A DNA stretch of 64,000 nt from the human T2T-CHM13v2.0 reference genome, Homo sapiens: the NCBI RefSeq assembly GCF_009914755.1, contig NC_060926.1; one strand, given 5' to 3'. Position numbers and translations under genes: made by a program. Position 1 is the stretch's first letter; each line of letters opens with the position of its first letter. This document shows positions 28,043-41,039 of the stretch, piece by piece. Below the pieces are notes generated by a model that saw only the letters and a program-made list of their open reading frames with translations, ran no database searches and was not told the origin of the DNA.

Positions 28043-29800
28043 TTTCTTTTTTTCTTTTTTTTTTTTTTTTTGCAGTTGCAAGATTTAATAGAGTGAAAAC
28101 AGAGCTCCCATAAAATGGGAGGGGAACCAAAGGGGGTAGCCATTGCCGGCTCGAATGCCTGGGTTTATATCCCGACCATTGCCCCTCTCCCTGTGCTCTC
28201 AGGCAATAGATGATTGGCTATTTCTTTACCTCCTGTTTTTGCCTAATTAGCATTTTAATGAGCTCTCTTTACTACCTGATTGGTCGGGTGTGAGCTAAGT
28301 TGCAAGCCCCGTGTTTAAAGGTGGTTGCGGTCACCTTCCCAGCTAGGCTTAGGGATTCTTAGTTGGCCTAGGAAATCCAGCTAGTCCTGTCTCTCAGTCC
28401 CCCATCTGAACAGGAAAACCCAAGTGCTGTTGGGGAGGTTGGCTGATGACCACTCTAACTGCTTCCGGCTGAACTGGGGAGTAGTAGGGGTCATGCAGTT
28501 GAGATTTCCTAGGGAAGGGTGCCTTTGATATCATCAACATTGGAGCAAGGGCTAGCAGGCCGGTTCAGGGGTCCATGGTAGATCTGCCATGGACTGCATC
28601 TGGGGCTCGATTTGAAGAACCATTTGTAGTTTTACAGCTTTGATTCTGGAAGAGACAAACCTAACAAGGAGGCTAAAGATGCAGGGATTGAAATGTATGG
28701 CCTAAAGTGCAGGGGATTATTTCTTTGGCACATTTCACAGGCCCTGACTATCTGCTTGATAGTATTGAATAGGCCTGGTCCACTAAATAATAATTTGGCC
28801 ATCTGATGGGTGCTATCAATGCCTAAGTGAAAGGTTTGGTGAAGGTTTTAAGTAATTTCCATTGGTTAGTTGCAGGAAAAAGTATTTGTCCTTTTTCAGT
28901 GGCTAGCCATGCTGAGGGGAGGAAACTATGTCTTCGTGAGGTTCCCCATTTCTTTTGCTGAGTACTGGGGCTTGGTTTCCTGGAGGGGATTACCTCATAC
29001 TGGGGGTCCTTCTATAAGCATTTCTAATGGAGGGTCCTGCCTTGCAGCTCTTTTGGCTCCAATATCCCCTGGGCAGTTCCCTTCTATTTTCCTTTCCTTT
29101 CCTTTTTGATGACCCTGGCAGTGTAAGACTGTCACCTCTTTAGGTTTCTGTACAGCCAATAATAATCTCCTAATGGCTTCCTGATGTTTGATAGGTTAGG
29201 AATTCCCTTTCTCTCCATATTGCTGTGTGGGCATGGAGGACTAGGTAAGCATACTTAAAGTCTGTATATATATTTGCCCTTTCTCCTTTTCCTAATCCTA
29301 GTGCCCGAGTGAGGGCTATTAGTTCTGCCAGCTGAGCACTAGTTCCTGGAGTGAGGGGATTACTTTCAAGTATTCCATTATCACTGACCACTGTATACCC
29401 CGCTTTTTGAAGTCCTTTTTCTACAAAGGAACTTCCATCAGTATACAAGTTGAGGTCGGGATCAGTCAAGGGAACCTCTAGAAGGTCCCCTCGAGCAGCG
29501 TAGGTTTGAGCAATCACCTGTTGACAGTTATGTTCTATCTTTTCTTCATTGTCTGGAAGAAATGTGGCTGGGTTAAGAGTTGCACAAGTGCGCAGTTGCG
29601 GCACTGGCCCTTCAAGTAATACAGCCTGATATTTAAGTAAACGGTTGTCTGACAGCCATAAGTCTCCTTTAGCAGTGAGTATGCCGTTCACATCATGAGA
29701 TGTCCACACAGTAAGATCTCTTCCCTGTATTATTTTAACTGCTTCAGATACTAAGACTGCTACTGCTGCCACTACCTGTAAACAATGAGGCCAACCTTTG
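28043..29800 (-). pseudogene. HERV-W (HERV17/LTR17) processed pseudogene, 5'-truncated, most of integrase and env deleted
   Basis: Minus-strand order: pol connection/RNase H (ORF 29170-29814: LYTDGSSFVEKG, GTSAQLAELIAL), integrase zinc-finger start (CEMCQRNNPL), env cytoplasmic tail, polypurine tract, LTR U3-R, poly(A). Approximate TSD attattt(c/t)tc at 28033-28042 and 29803-29812. Confidence 0.93.
28072..28396 (-). mobile_element. LTR17 U3-R only (no U5)
   Basis: Minus strand begins TGAGAGACAGGACTAGCTGGATTTCCTAGG, contains CCAAT and TATAAA, and ends ATTAAATCTTGCAACTGC directly before poly(A). Confidence 0.95.
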
Positions 29801-29932
29801 TGATTATTTTTCAAAAATGGCTTAATTCTTCTTGGCCCTTCATGTTTTCATATACATTTTAGTGTCATTTGGTGTCAAATTCCACCCTAACCCTTGCCTT
29901 CCACCCCTCCCAAAAAAAACTATGGACGCTTT

Positions 29933-30586
29933 GTTTTTGGGGGTTTTTTAGAGGTTTTTTAAAAAACTTCTATTTTAAGTACAGGGGTGCACGTGCAGGT
30001 TTGCTACATAGGTAAATCTGTGTCACAGGGTTTGTTGTACAGATATTTTATCACCCAAGTATTAAGCTTAGTACTCATTAATTATTTTTCCTAATCCTCT
30101 CCCTCCTTCCACCCTCCACCCTCCAATGGATCCCAGTGTGTGTTGTTCCCCTCTATATGTCCCTGTGTTCTCATCATTTAGCTCCCACTTATAAGTAAGA
30201 ACATGTGGTATTTGGTTTTTTGTTCCTGTGTTAGTTTGCTACGGATCATGGCCTCCAGCTCTATCCATGTTGCTGCAAAGGACATGATCTCATTCTTTTT
30301 TATGGCTACATAATTATATTGTGTATATGTATCATATTTTCTTTACCCAGTCTATCATTGATGGGCATTTAGGTTGATTCCATGTCTTTGCTATTGTGAA
30401 TAGTGTTGCAACGAACATACCCGTGCATGTGTCTTTATAATAGAATGATTTATATTCCTTTGAGTATATACCTATGGGATTGCTGGGTTGAATGGTATCT
30501 CTGTCTTCAGGTCTTTGAGGAATTACCTTGCTGTCTTCCACAATGGTTGAACTAATTTATACTCCCACCAACAGTGTATAAGCGTT
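29933..30586 (-). mobile_element. 5'-truncated older L1PA 3' end
   Basis: Antisense L1PA 3' UTR and ORF2 end (FYYKDTCTGMFVATLFTIAKTWNQPKCP). TSD aaaaactatggac at 29915 and 30587. Confidence 0.92.
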
Positions 30587-30668
30587 AAAAACTATGGACA
30601 TTTTGACTGGGATTGCATGAAATCTACATACCTATTTGGGAAGAATTTACATCTTCATATATTAGCTA

Positions 30669-30865
<197 letters not shown>

Positions 30866-31362
30866 AATGTCTTTATAAAAAGTTCTCTTTTTCCATCATA
30901 GAATTCATATGCATTTTGTTCAAGCTTATTTCCAGGGACTTCATTTTTTTTAAAAAAATGGTTTGTTTTTCTGTTTTTTTCCCTAGTTGTTTCTGGAATG
31001 TAAAATGTAATTGATCTTTGTATATTGATTTTGTATCCAGCAACTTGTTACATTCTTATTAATTCTAATAAATTCAACTTAGATTCTTTATGTACTTTTA
31101 GGCACACAATCATAATATCTGTGAATAGTGGGGGAGCTGAACACAGCTCACTAAAAGCAGGACACCCATGTGGGTGGTTATGGGTATATTTGGCTTTCTC
31201 TAGTTGGTCCTATGTTAGAAGCAGGGACAAAAATTAGGGAAGATGTCAGCTGTTCATTGAATCCTGGCCACTTGGGGTCAGTTGTTACAAAGGCTCTTGT
31301 TTGGCTTCCTGGACAGGTTGCTGGAGATGGTGGCCTGCCTTCCTCCACATCTGGCTTATTGA

Positions 31363-31795
<433 letters not shown>

Positions 31796-32679
31796 TAGTC
31801 AGCTTCTCACTCTGCAACAGGTAACTAAAGGAAGCATGGAGATCACTCAGCTTCCAACCTGGCTTCTCTCTTCTCAGCTATAAGACTGAGTCAGGATCCA
31901 CCATCTAACTCTGCTGTGAGCAGGGTCAATATTAAATGATCCTGTTCAATGTTTTCACCTGTTTTCCAAGAAAGGGTCTGAATGATTTGAAGAGGAAATA
32001 TTTTTGTTTAGAAATAAATTATTGTCAAATAACATATATCAAAATTTGAGAAAAAATAAGCATTCAAGGTCTCTGACTTGACTGAAGAAAGCTTCAACAT
32101 GTGCATCTATAGTGCGACACAGTCATTTTTGTGGTTGGTGGGGAGCTGCTTTTCCTACAGAAGTACGGAACCATGCATGACGCTGGCAGAATCCAGGTCA
32201 ATGAGCATGTGCTTAACCATAATTTTTAAAAATACATATTTTGTTTTGTACCAAAGGGCTTTCATCTTCTCCTCCTTTGTAAAAATCACACAGCTTTTGA
32301 GTCCGTTTGTGTTGGCTTTCATTGAACTGTCCTGGGTTTTATCAGCCCAGAGACATTCCCTCCAGGACTCCTACGGGTGCCACCTCCAGAGCGGTAATCA
32401 GGGCTAAGCTTAATTAGAGAGAAAAACTTCCAGAAAGGGCAACTCCATCCCTTTTTATGGTAAAATAAACACATTTCCAAAAGGGGCCTTTCCTTTAATT
32501 AAATTCTCTGCAATGTGGCAGCTGCTTGGGAGGTATTTTTGCATATTTGGGTTTAAGAAGATGTATGTACATAGAGGTGATGTCACATTTGGAATGATGA
32601 GTGTTTATAAGACCAAGTTTATGAGTTTACTAACTCGCAAGCCAGCTATCTTCATACCAGAAAGGACAAAGCCAGCGTC

Positions 32680-34690
32680 CAAGCGTGGGCCTTCCCACGT
32701 CCAGCCATCTCGTAAAAACAGGCGAGGTGGGCCTCGGGAGAGACACAAATGTCAGGGGCGCAACACAAAAACCGAACAGGAATGTGGGGATGGGGGCTGC
32801 CGGCCCCTGGCGCTCAGCGGGAGGCCCCACCATAGAGCTGGGGCCCAGGGAGTTTGAGTATTTACCCCAGAGGTTACCCAGGATGGACGTGTTCAGTCTG
32901 GGCACACAATCAAAGCCCGCGCGGGCCCCTCAGGGAGGGTCTTTCCCCTCCTGCTGGGAGGCAGGGTCCCCAGCGCCCCCTGACCTCGCCCTTGCAATTG
33001 CTCAAACTTCAGGACCGCTCATCCCAGGCTCCACGGGGCTGCTGCAGAGCCAAGAAGACCCTGTTCTACTGAGCGACCGTTCAAGGGACAGTACTTTTTA
33101 GGGGGGTCAATATGAATCTCCTAATTTAACCTCTCCGCTGCCACAGCCGTTCAACCCGTCCCTACAGAGCTCCTGCAGCGGTGCTCACGTGGCCTTCGGG
33201 AGGATCCACCAAGGTCACCTGCGTCACACCGGGGAACGACTCCCTCCCTCCCAAGAAAGCTCCGAGACAAAACCTGTACCAGGAAGGGTCCCTCCGCTCG
33301 TGGTGCTGCAGTGAGCCAGGCTACACCCTGGCTGGCAGAGCCCCGGGGCTTCCAGCAGCGCAGCCCTAGGCCTGCGGAGGGAAGGCTGCACTCCAGCCTG
33401 TCGGGGCCGCCGGACAGCTCTCCTGGGAGGCTTGGGCCTGGCACACTGGGGCCCTCGCTCCCCTCTCCATCGCCCTCTAACCTTGGTTCAGCTCCCGGCC
33501 CGCCCCTTCCCAGTGGGAACAAAGGCAGTAGCGATGTCCTCGCTGCCGCCTTCTTCCTCCAAGAGGAGTCCACTCCCTGCAGTCCGGCCCCGCTGCCTCT
33601 CCACGCGGGCTGCCTCTTTCTCATCCCTGCGCCGGCGCATCCTCTCAGATCCACAGCAAGGAGGGGACGTGCGGGGGAGGGGTCGGCTGGTTAAACCCAG
33701 GCTCGCCCACAGAATGGTGGGACCCCTGCCGCAGGTGGTGGGAGATGCGTGCAGGGTCCCAGCCCCAGGGCAGGCGCCTCAGCCTCTGCGCGGGGCCGCC
33801 CTGCTCTTCCCTGTCTCGCTGGGATCCAGGCCCTGGTCTAAGCCCCTGGCCTCACCTGCCCTGCGCAACCAACGGCCCCAAGGTCCAAATGCAGGGACCC
33901 TCTCGGTGACCCAGGACCCTCTCGGTGACCCAGGACGTGCTCAAGTTACCTTCTTCCTGGCACACACACCCACCCCTAAATTCAAAACTATCCCCGGCCA
34001 TTTGGGAAGCAAGGCTCGCTCTCGCTCGCCTGGGGCTGTCTCCTTGCGCGGAGGGCTCCAAGCTCAGGACGGGTCGGCTCAGGCAGGGTCTGGGGGCTCG
34101 GCGGGGCGCGGGTTCAGGCAGGCCCAGGGAGCAGGCGCATGGGGCGACCGCAGAGCTCCAGGACACACAGTCCGGGTCAGTGTTCCCTAGAGACCCCTCC
34201 AAGAGCCCCTCCTGGACACCTGTGCCGACGCGCAGCCACATTTGTCCTCTTCAGGTGGAAACAGGGCCAGTCTGACACTCCCCAGTCCACGCCCTGCACA
34301 CCCCCAGACCCTCCACCCTTGAGGTGGACGCCGCCCTGAGAAACCCTCTCTCCTTCCTCTGGCAGCGTCACCTGCCGTCTGCACTGGCACCTGCCGCAGT
34401 TCTCTAAGTGCACCTGGGGACGCTCACTTGTGGCCTCAGGAGAAGGATCTGGAGGACGAGGAAGACAGAGGCAGGGCCATTTTCTGATGCATCAGAGACC
34501 CGCGCCTACTGCGTTAGCCCCCAGTAGAGACAGCCCTGGATTTTAGAGCCGGTAAAGCCTGGGGTCACTGTGGAAGGCTCTGTCCCGCTCCTGAGGAGAC
34601 CCTCCCTCTTCTGACGGGTTCAGGCGTGGAGATCAGAGGGCAGGCAGGGACCAGAGCATCTGACTCCCGGGACGCCTCACGACCTCGAGA
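32680..34690. promoter_or_regulatory. CpG-island-like GC/CpG-rich unique region
   Basis: Visibly dense CpGs (e.g. cccgcgcggg, ggctcggcggggcgcggg) and no recognisable repeats. Judged by eye, not computed. Confidence 0.7.
33895..33936. repeat. Perfect 19-bp tandem duplication
   Basis: ggaccctctcggtgaccca twice, then ggac. Confidence 0.92.
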
Positions 34691-35783
34691 GAGGAGCATA
34701 AATGTGGCCTAACAAGAATGCCCTTCTCACCCCCTTGCATCCTCCCCTCCCGCAAGCATCCCTGGTGAGGGGACAGGCAGGACACACCATTGAAACATAA
34801 TTTGAGAACACAAGAAAACAATATGAGGCTGATTTCTTAGCATGCTGAATGGAGAGACGGTCAAAACAAAACAAAACAAAAAACAAGCTAGATGGATTTC
34901 GCAACTGGAGGCGGAAGGAGCTTTGTAAGAGCCCAAGGAGAATCTAATTAGAGACTTCAACTAGAGTTTTGCAAATGAATTATTTACAATTCTTCAGAGG
35001 GAAATGATTATAATAATAACCTTTACAATGCTGAAATTAAGCTTATTATGCTCTTTTCCTCTGCCCCAGAAATTCTCTGAGGTCTGTCATCAGGCAAGAT
35101 GCAAGGCGTAAGCTCTGCCTCCCGCTCCGGGCAGCGCCTGGGGCCAGCCTCGGGCCCTGGCTCAGCCCAGAGTCGGGGATGTGGTCAGCCAGGCGTTTAA
35201 AAGAGAAAGCCAGCAAGCGTCCTTTGCGTCTTTCCGTCCTTTGTTTCTCTCTTGTGACTTGAGGATGCTCTAAGTCAGGCTTGAGGAGTTGCAGAGGCTC
35301 AAAGAAGAAATCACAGCATCTATTCCTAGGGTGGGCAGGCCCCGGAACTGCCAAATTTAAAATAAACCATGTGAACTGAATGAGAAGAGGGGTAGAGGTG
35401 TTATGAAAAAGCAACTCAAAACAGGAGATTCCTTATGGCCTCCTTGGCACGTGCTACTTGGATTGGGAACTGAGGGTCAATCTGTTTAGAAGTCAGCGCA
35501 TCCCAGGGGCTAGGCAGCTGATGCTGGTCCTCACAGAGCCCCCGACAGGGGTGCAAAGGGGGTAAATGCTACACCTCAACATCCCTCTTCAGGCCCTGCA
35601 CTGCTGTCCTTCGATTTTATTAACTTCCTCCTTGACATGGGCCAGGCCTCCTCCCAGCCCTTCCTTGCCTCGGGTCCCCCAGGGCGTGGCTGCAGCCAGG
35701 GCTGACTCTGCAGGTTGTCAGGCACTGCAGTGGCTGTGTCTAGTCACTGTACCCGAGTCCCCATCCCAAGTCCACACCACACC

Positions 35784-36200
35784 TGTAGTGGGTTGAATGG
35801 TGGCCCCCACAAAAGATAAGCCCATGTCCCAGAACCTGTGACTGTTTCCTTGTTTGGAACAAGGACCTTTACAGGTGTGATTAAATGAAGGCTCTCCAGG
35901 CCAGATGATCCTGGGTGATCTGGGTAGATCCTAAGTAGCCAACGACAGATGTCCTCCTAAGAGACAGAGGAGAAGACACAGGGAGAGGCAAGGGCCGTGC
36001 CCATGCGGAGACAGAGGCAGAGATGGAGGAGAGCTTGGAGCCACCAGAAGGCAGAAGAGACGAGAATATTCTCCAGGAGACCCTTTGGGGAAGCACAGCC
36101 CAGACACACCTGGATTTTAGACTTCTGGCCCCCAGAACTGGGAGAGAGTAAGTTCCTGTTGTTGAAGGCACCCAGGTCATGGTCCTTTGTGGCAGCCCCA
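35784..36200 (+). mobile_element. MaLR solo LTR (MLT1B-like)
   Basis: TGTAGTGGGTTGAATGGTGGCCCCC ... gacttctggcccccagaactgggagag. Confidence 0.85.
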
Positions 36201-36656
36201 GTGCCATCAGCCTTCCCCAGTGATCCCTCTCCATCTGTCTCTGCCACCGCCCTCCCTCCCTGAGAAGGCAGCGGTGGGCGGTCATGCCCTGTCCCATCTG
36301 CTCACTCACACAGGCCTCATTCTTGGCCAATCTGTAAACAGGCACCTGCTTGGGCAGGACTCTGGCAGCAAGTGCTGGAGTCCAAGTGCACTCAGCATCA
36401 GCCAGAGCAGCCTTATAAGATCATGGGCCCACCAAGGGCAGGGAGGCCCATAGCTGGAGACGCAGGGCCCTCTCACCAGTGGCAGCCACAAAATGCAGGA
36501 GGGCCTGTGATGAGCCCTACCTAGGTTGGGCGTGCAGCCACACCTCATCCCTGAGGCAGTCCCTGGGATGATACCGATGGCTCGGTCTTGGACCAGGTTG
36601 TGCAGACAGCTTTCAGCTACCAAGCAGGTGGAGGCAGCAAAGACATGGAGGTGGGC

Positions 36657-37223
36657 TGTACTAGTGAGGGCTGTCCAGAGGGACAGATCAATAGAATAAA
36701 TGTAAGGGAGTTTAATAGGGAGAATTGGCTCATACGATTATAAGGCAAAGCCCCACAATAGGCTGCCTGCAAGCTGGGAAAAGAGAGAAGCAAGTGGTGT
36801 GCTCAGTCTAAGTCCAGAAGCCTCAAAGCCATGGAAGCTGACAGTGCAGCCCTCAGTCTGCAGTCAAAGGCCCAAGAGCCCCCGAGAGGCTGCTAGTGCA
36901 GGCCCCAGAGTCCAAAGGCTGGAGAACCTGGAGTCTGATGTCCAAAGGCAGGAGGAGAAGACGCAAGCATCAGGCATGGGAAGAGAACGCAGAGACTCAG
37001 CAAGCTGCTTATCCCCCTTCTTCTGCCTGCTTTGTACCAGCTGCGCCGGGAGCCAATTGGATGTTGCTCGCCCACACTGAGGGTGGGCCTTCCTCTCGCA
37101 GTCCGCCCACTAGAATGTCAGTCCCCTCTGGCAACACCCTTGCAGATACACCCGGAACGATGCCTCCCTCGCCATCTAGGCATCCCTCAATCCAGTCAAG
37201 TTGACACTGAATATTAACCATCG
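36657..37223 (-). mobile_element. ERVL LTR (MLT2A-like); terminal bases displaced to 38640-38645
   Basis: Ends aatccagtcaagttgacactgaatattaaccatc, the antisense MLT2 5' terminus. Confidence 0.88.
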
Positions 37224-37520
37224 TGCTGATGAAAAAAATCCAAATCCTATAAAATATTTGAAGAGATTTATTCTGAGCCAAATGTGGGGACCATGACCCA
37301 TGACGCAGCCACAGGAGGTCCTGAGAACAAGTGTCCAAGGTGGTTGGTTTATAACTTAGTTTTACATGTTTTAGGGAGATGTAAGACATCAACCCATGTA
37401 TGCAAGGTATGCATTGGTTCAGTCCAGAAAGGCAGGACAACTTGGAGTAAAGTGGAGGCTTACAGATCATAGGTGGAGTCAAAGATTTTCTGATTGGCAA
37501 TTGGTTAAAAGGGTTAAGTT

Positions 37521-37730
37521 TTTAATGTTTTTTTAAATTATACTTTAAGTTCTAGGGTACATGTGTATAACGTGCAGGTTTGTTACATATGTATACATGT
37601 GCCATGTTGGTGTGCTGCACCCATTAACTCATCATTTACATTAGGTATATCACTAAACCTATATAGCGATACTATACCTATATAGTATAATGCTATCCCT
37701 CCCCCCTCCCCCCACTCCACAACAGGCCCC
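37521..37730 (-). mobile_element. Young L1PA 3' fragment (~210 bp)
   Basis: ttatactttaagttctagggtacatgtg...acaacaggcccc; TSD aaag(g/t)gttaagtt at 37508-37520 and 37731-37743. Confidence 0.93.
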
Positions 37731-38121
37731 AAAGTGTTAAGTTATTATCTAAAGACCTGGAATCAATAGAAAGGAGTGTCTAGGTTAAGAGAAGGGGGTG
37801 TGGAAACCAAGGTTTTTATTATATAGATGAAGTCTCTTAGGTGGCTACCCTTAGAGGAAATAGAGACTTTTAGAAGGTTTTAGACTCTCAGTTAATCTCT
37901 TCAGGAGCAGAAAAAAGACCTGAAAATGGAGGAGAATTCTCCATAGAATATTGATTTCCATCACAAGAGACAGCTTTGCAGGGCCATTTCAAAATATGTC
38001 AAAAAAATACATTTTGGAATAAAATACTTTGATATTTCTTCAGGGCCTGCTATGTGTCATGTGATGCTATGGTAGAGTCATGCTGGAATTTGATATCTTA
38101 CTGCTACCAAGAGTCTGCTTT

Positions 38122-38480
<359 letters not shown>

Positions 38481-40377
38481 TGAACTCCACGGGGACGAAG
38501 GCATAATGAGTCATGTCTGACCCCTTCTTGGCCATCATGGCCTGAATTAATTCTTTAGGTTTCTTTAGAATTCCCTTAACTGAGAAGGGGGTCCGTTCAT
38601 TCAGCTGCCAAGCTTAGGATTTTATTTTTGGTTTTTACCATCACACGGGGAACCTGCAAGTCAACGGCTCCCTGGTGTGTGTCTACCTCCAGGCACAGGC
38701 CTCAGGCCAGTCCTCCTCCCCTCTTCCTTGCTCTTTTCCTGTCTCTCCCTGTGGAGTTGCCACCACACAGCAAACTCCTCCAAGACCCCAGTCATCAACC
38801 CTCCACTGATCTCACATCCTTGGGCTTCCCCAACTCCATTCACCTGGATGGGAGCCAGGGTTCACCTTGCTTGGATCAAACTAAACCATTTCTCTCTCTC
38901 CTCCTCCACACTCGGATCTCCCTCTTCAGCAAAAGTGTCGGACACTCTGACTTTTGGGGATTGAGTTTCTCTGGCCCCCGCCATTCCACCTGTCTTCCTT
39001 GGATTGTCCCCACTGCCCGAGAGGGAAGGATACACCCACCTCATCTTCCCCCATCGTCTCCTTGACCTGCTCTTGCTAGACTGCAACCTCTTTCCATTTC
39101 TCTTTGCAACCATGTTCCCTTGTGGGGCTGGATTGCAGCCCATGTGTTAGAGAAACCTGGCTGGAAGTTTAGGTTGCTCTGCCCAGAAGCCGTGAGAGTA
39201 ACGGGGAGGTGATAGATGTGAAGGATGGAAGACCTTGTAGCAATTTGGACAGAGACTGTATGGCGCCGCCCAGAGAGACGGTGTTCCCTACCCAGTGGTG
39301 TTTATTTATAGGATGGCCATGACTACGTAAAGGTTATGAACCCATGTGATTGGTAGAAAACAGGAAAACCCTGAAGGGAGGGCTTTCCATTTTTAATGCC
39401 TATTATTGTTACAATGCTCTTTGCACAAAAAGAAATACAAGGTTTAGCTCATTTGCCACTTGGCTATCATTCCATGGCTGGGGGCGTCATTCTCCCACAT
39501 AGCAGCACTGAGCAGCTTGGCATTGGTGGGTTGTTTTGTGTTTTTTGTTTTGTAAATACAAACCTCAGGCTTGTCAGAGAATAACCCAGAAAACTGGCAC
39601 TATTGCCAAAAACCGTAATGGCAGGAAGAGTGTGGAATCCGCAGCTACAACTGGCTCCACGTCTGCAGGGAAGCAGCAGGGGACGCCTCCGTTACTGTGA
39701 AGTCCTCTGCATGGAGATGAGCTCGGAGCAGCCGAGGAGCCACCACTTTCAGCATCAAACCTTTGAAGCATTTTCGTAGAAGTTTTTTTTTTTAAATGGA
39801 TTAACCACTTCTCCAACCTCTTAAGAGAACCACACTAAACAGTATTCTTTTCTCTACAAACTCAAGGTCATCAACATGAACATAGACCTCTCTTGAACTG
39901 AGATGGGCCACAGTGAGGATCCCAGGACTCAACGGGTGGGGGTTTGCAGGAGACCTCAGAGACTATGCCTCTACATGAGAGCTTTGTAAATTCTTTGTAG
40001 ATTCTTTTATTTCTGAAACAGTGCAGCCAAGTGCTGATGTTCGTTGAAGCTGGGTGATAGGTACACAGAGGTCCCTGGTAATCTCTACTTTTACGTAAGT
40101 AGAGGATGGAAATTATGTGTGGAAATTTCTACCATAAAATCTTGAAATTTTTTCCCCTGTTTTGTACAGTTTTTCCTGTCTTCTAAGAAAGATCTTGGTG
40201 TCGGGCTGGACAGATGTCATTCCCTGCTGTTTCCAGCATGCCCACCTCTAACCTGCTGCTTCTCATCAACTAGGACCCTACAGTCTAGAAACTCCTAACT
40301 CCTGTTAGCACTTCAGGTAAAGCACAGGTCCCCAGGCTCTGCCTGAAGGATTTTTTTTCGTAGGAATTTACTCCTTA

Positions 40378-40803
<426 letters not shown>

Positions 40804-41039
40804 TTAATGGTGGCACAGAGTGGGGCACTATGCAGCTGTGGAAAGAAAGAGAAAGATTGCTGTGAACTCACGTGGCATGTCAAGACACCGTATTAAGTGA
40901 TATAAGCAAGGGGCACAGAAGTATATATATAATGTTAACTTTTGTTTAAGGAAGGAAAGGAAATAAGTACATATACTTATTCTTACAAAAAGAAACCAAA
41001 ATAAACCAGACATGAAATAGGTTTGGAGGAATGGGTAGG

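Noticed and set aside
28043-29800. Syncytin-1 (ERVW-1) gene or an intact provirus
   Set aside because: Only ~230 bp of env tail remains and it is disrupted; there is no gag, 5' LTR or U5.
33151-34413. Several 110-250 aa ORFs in the CpG-rich region as a gene
   Set aside because: They overlap on both strands, have GC-driven composition and no recognisable domain.
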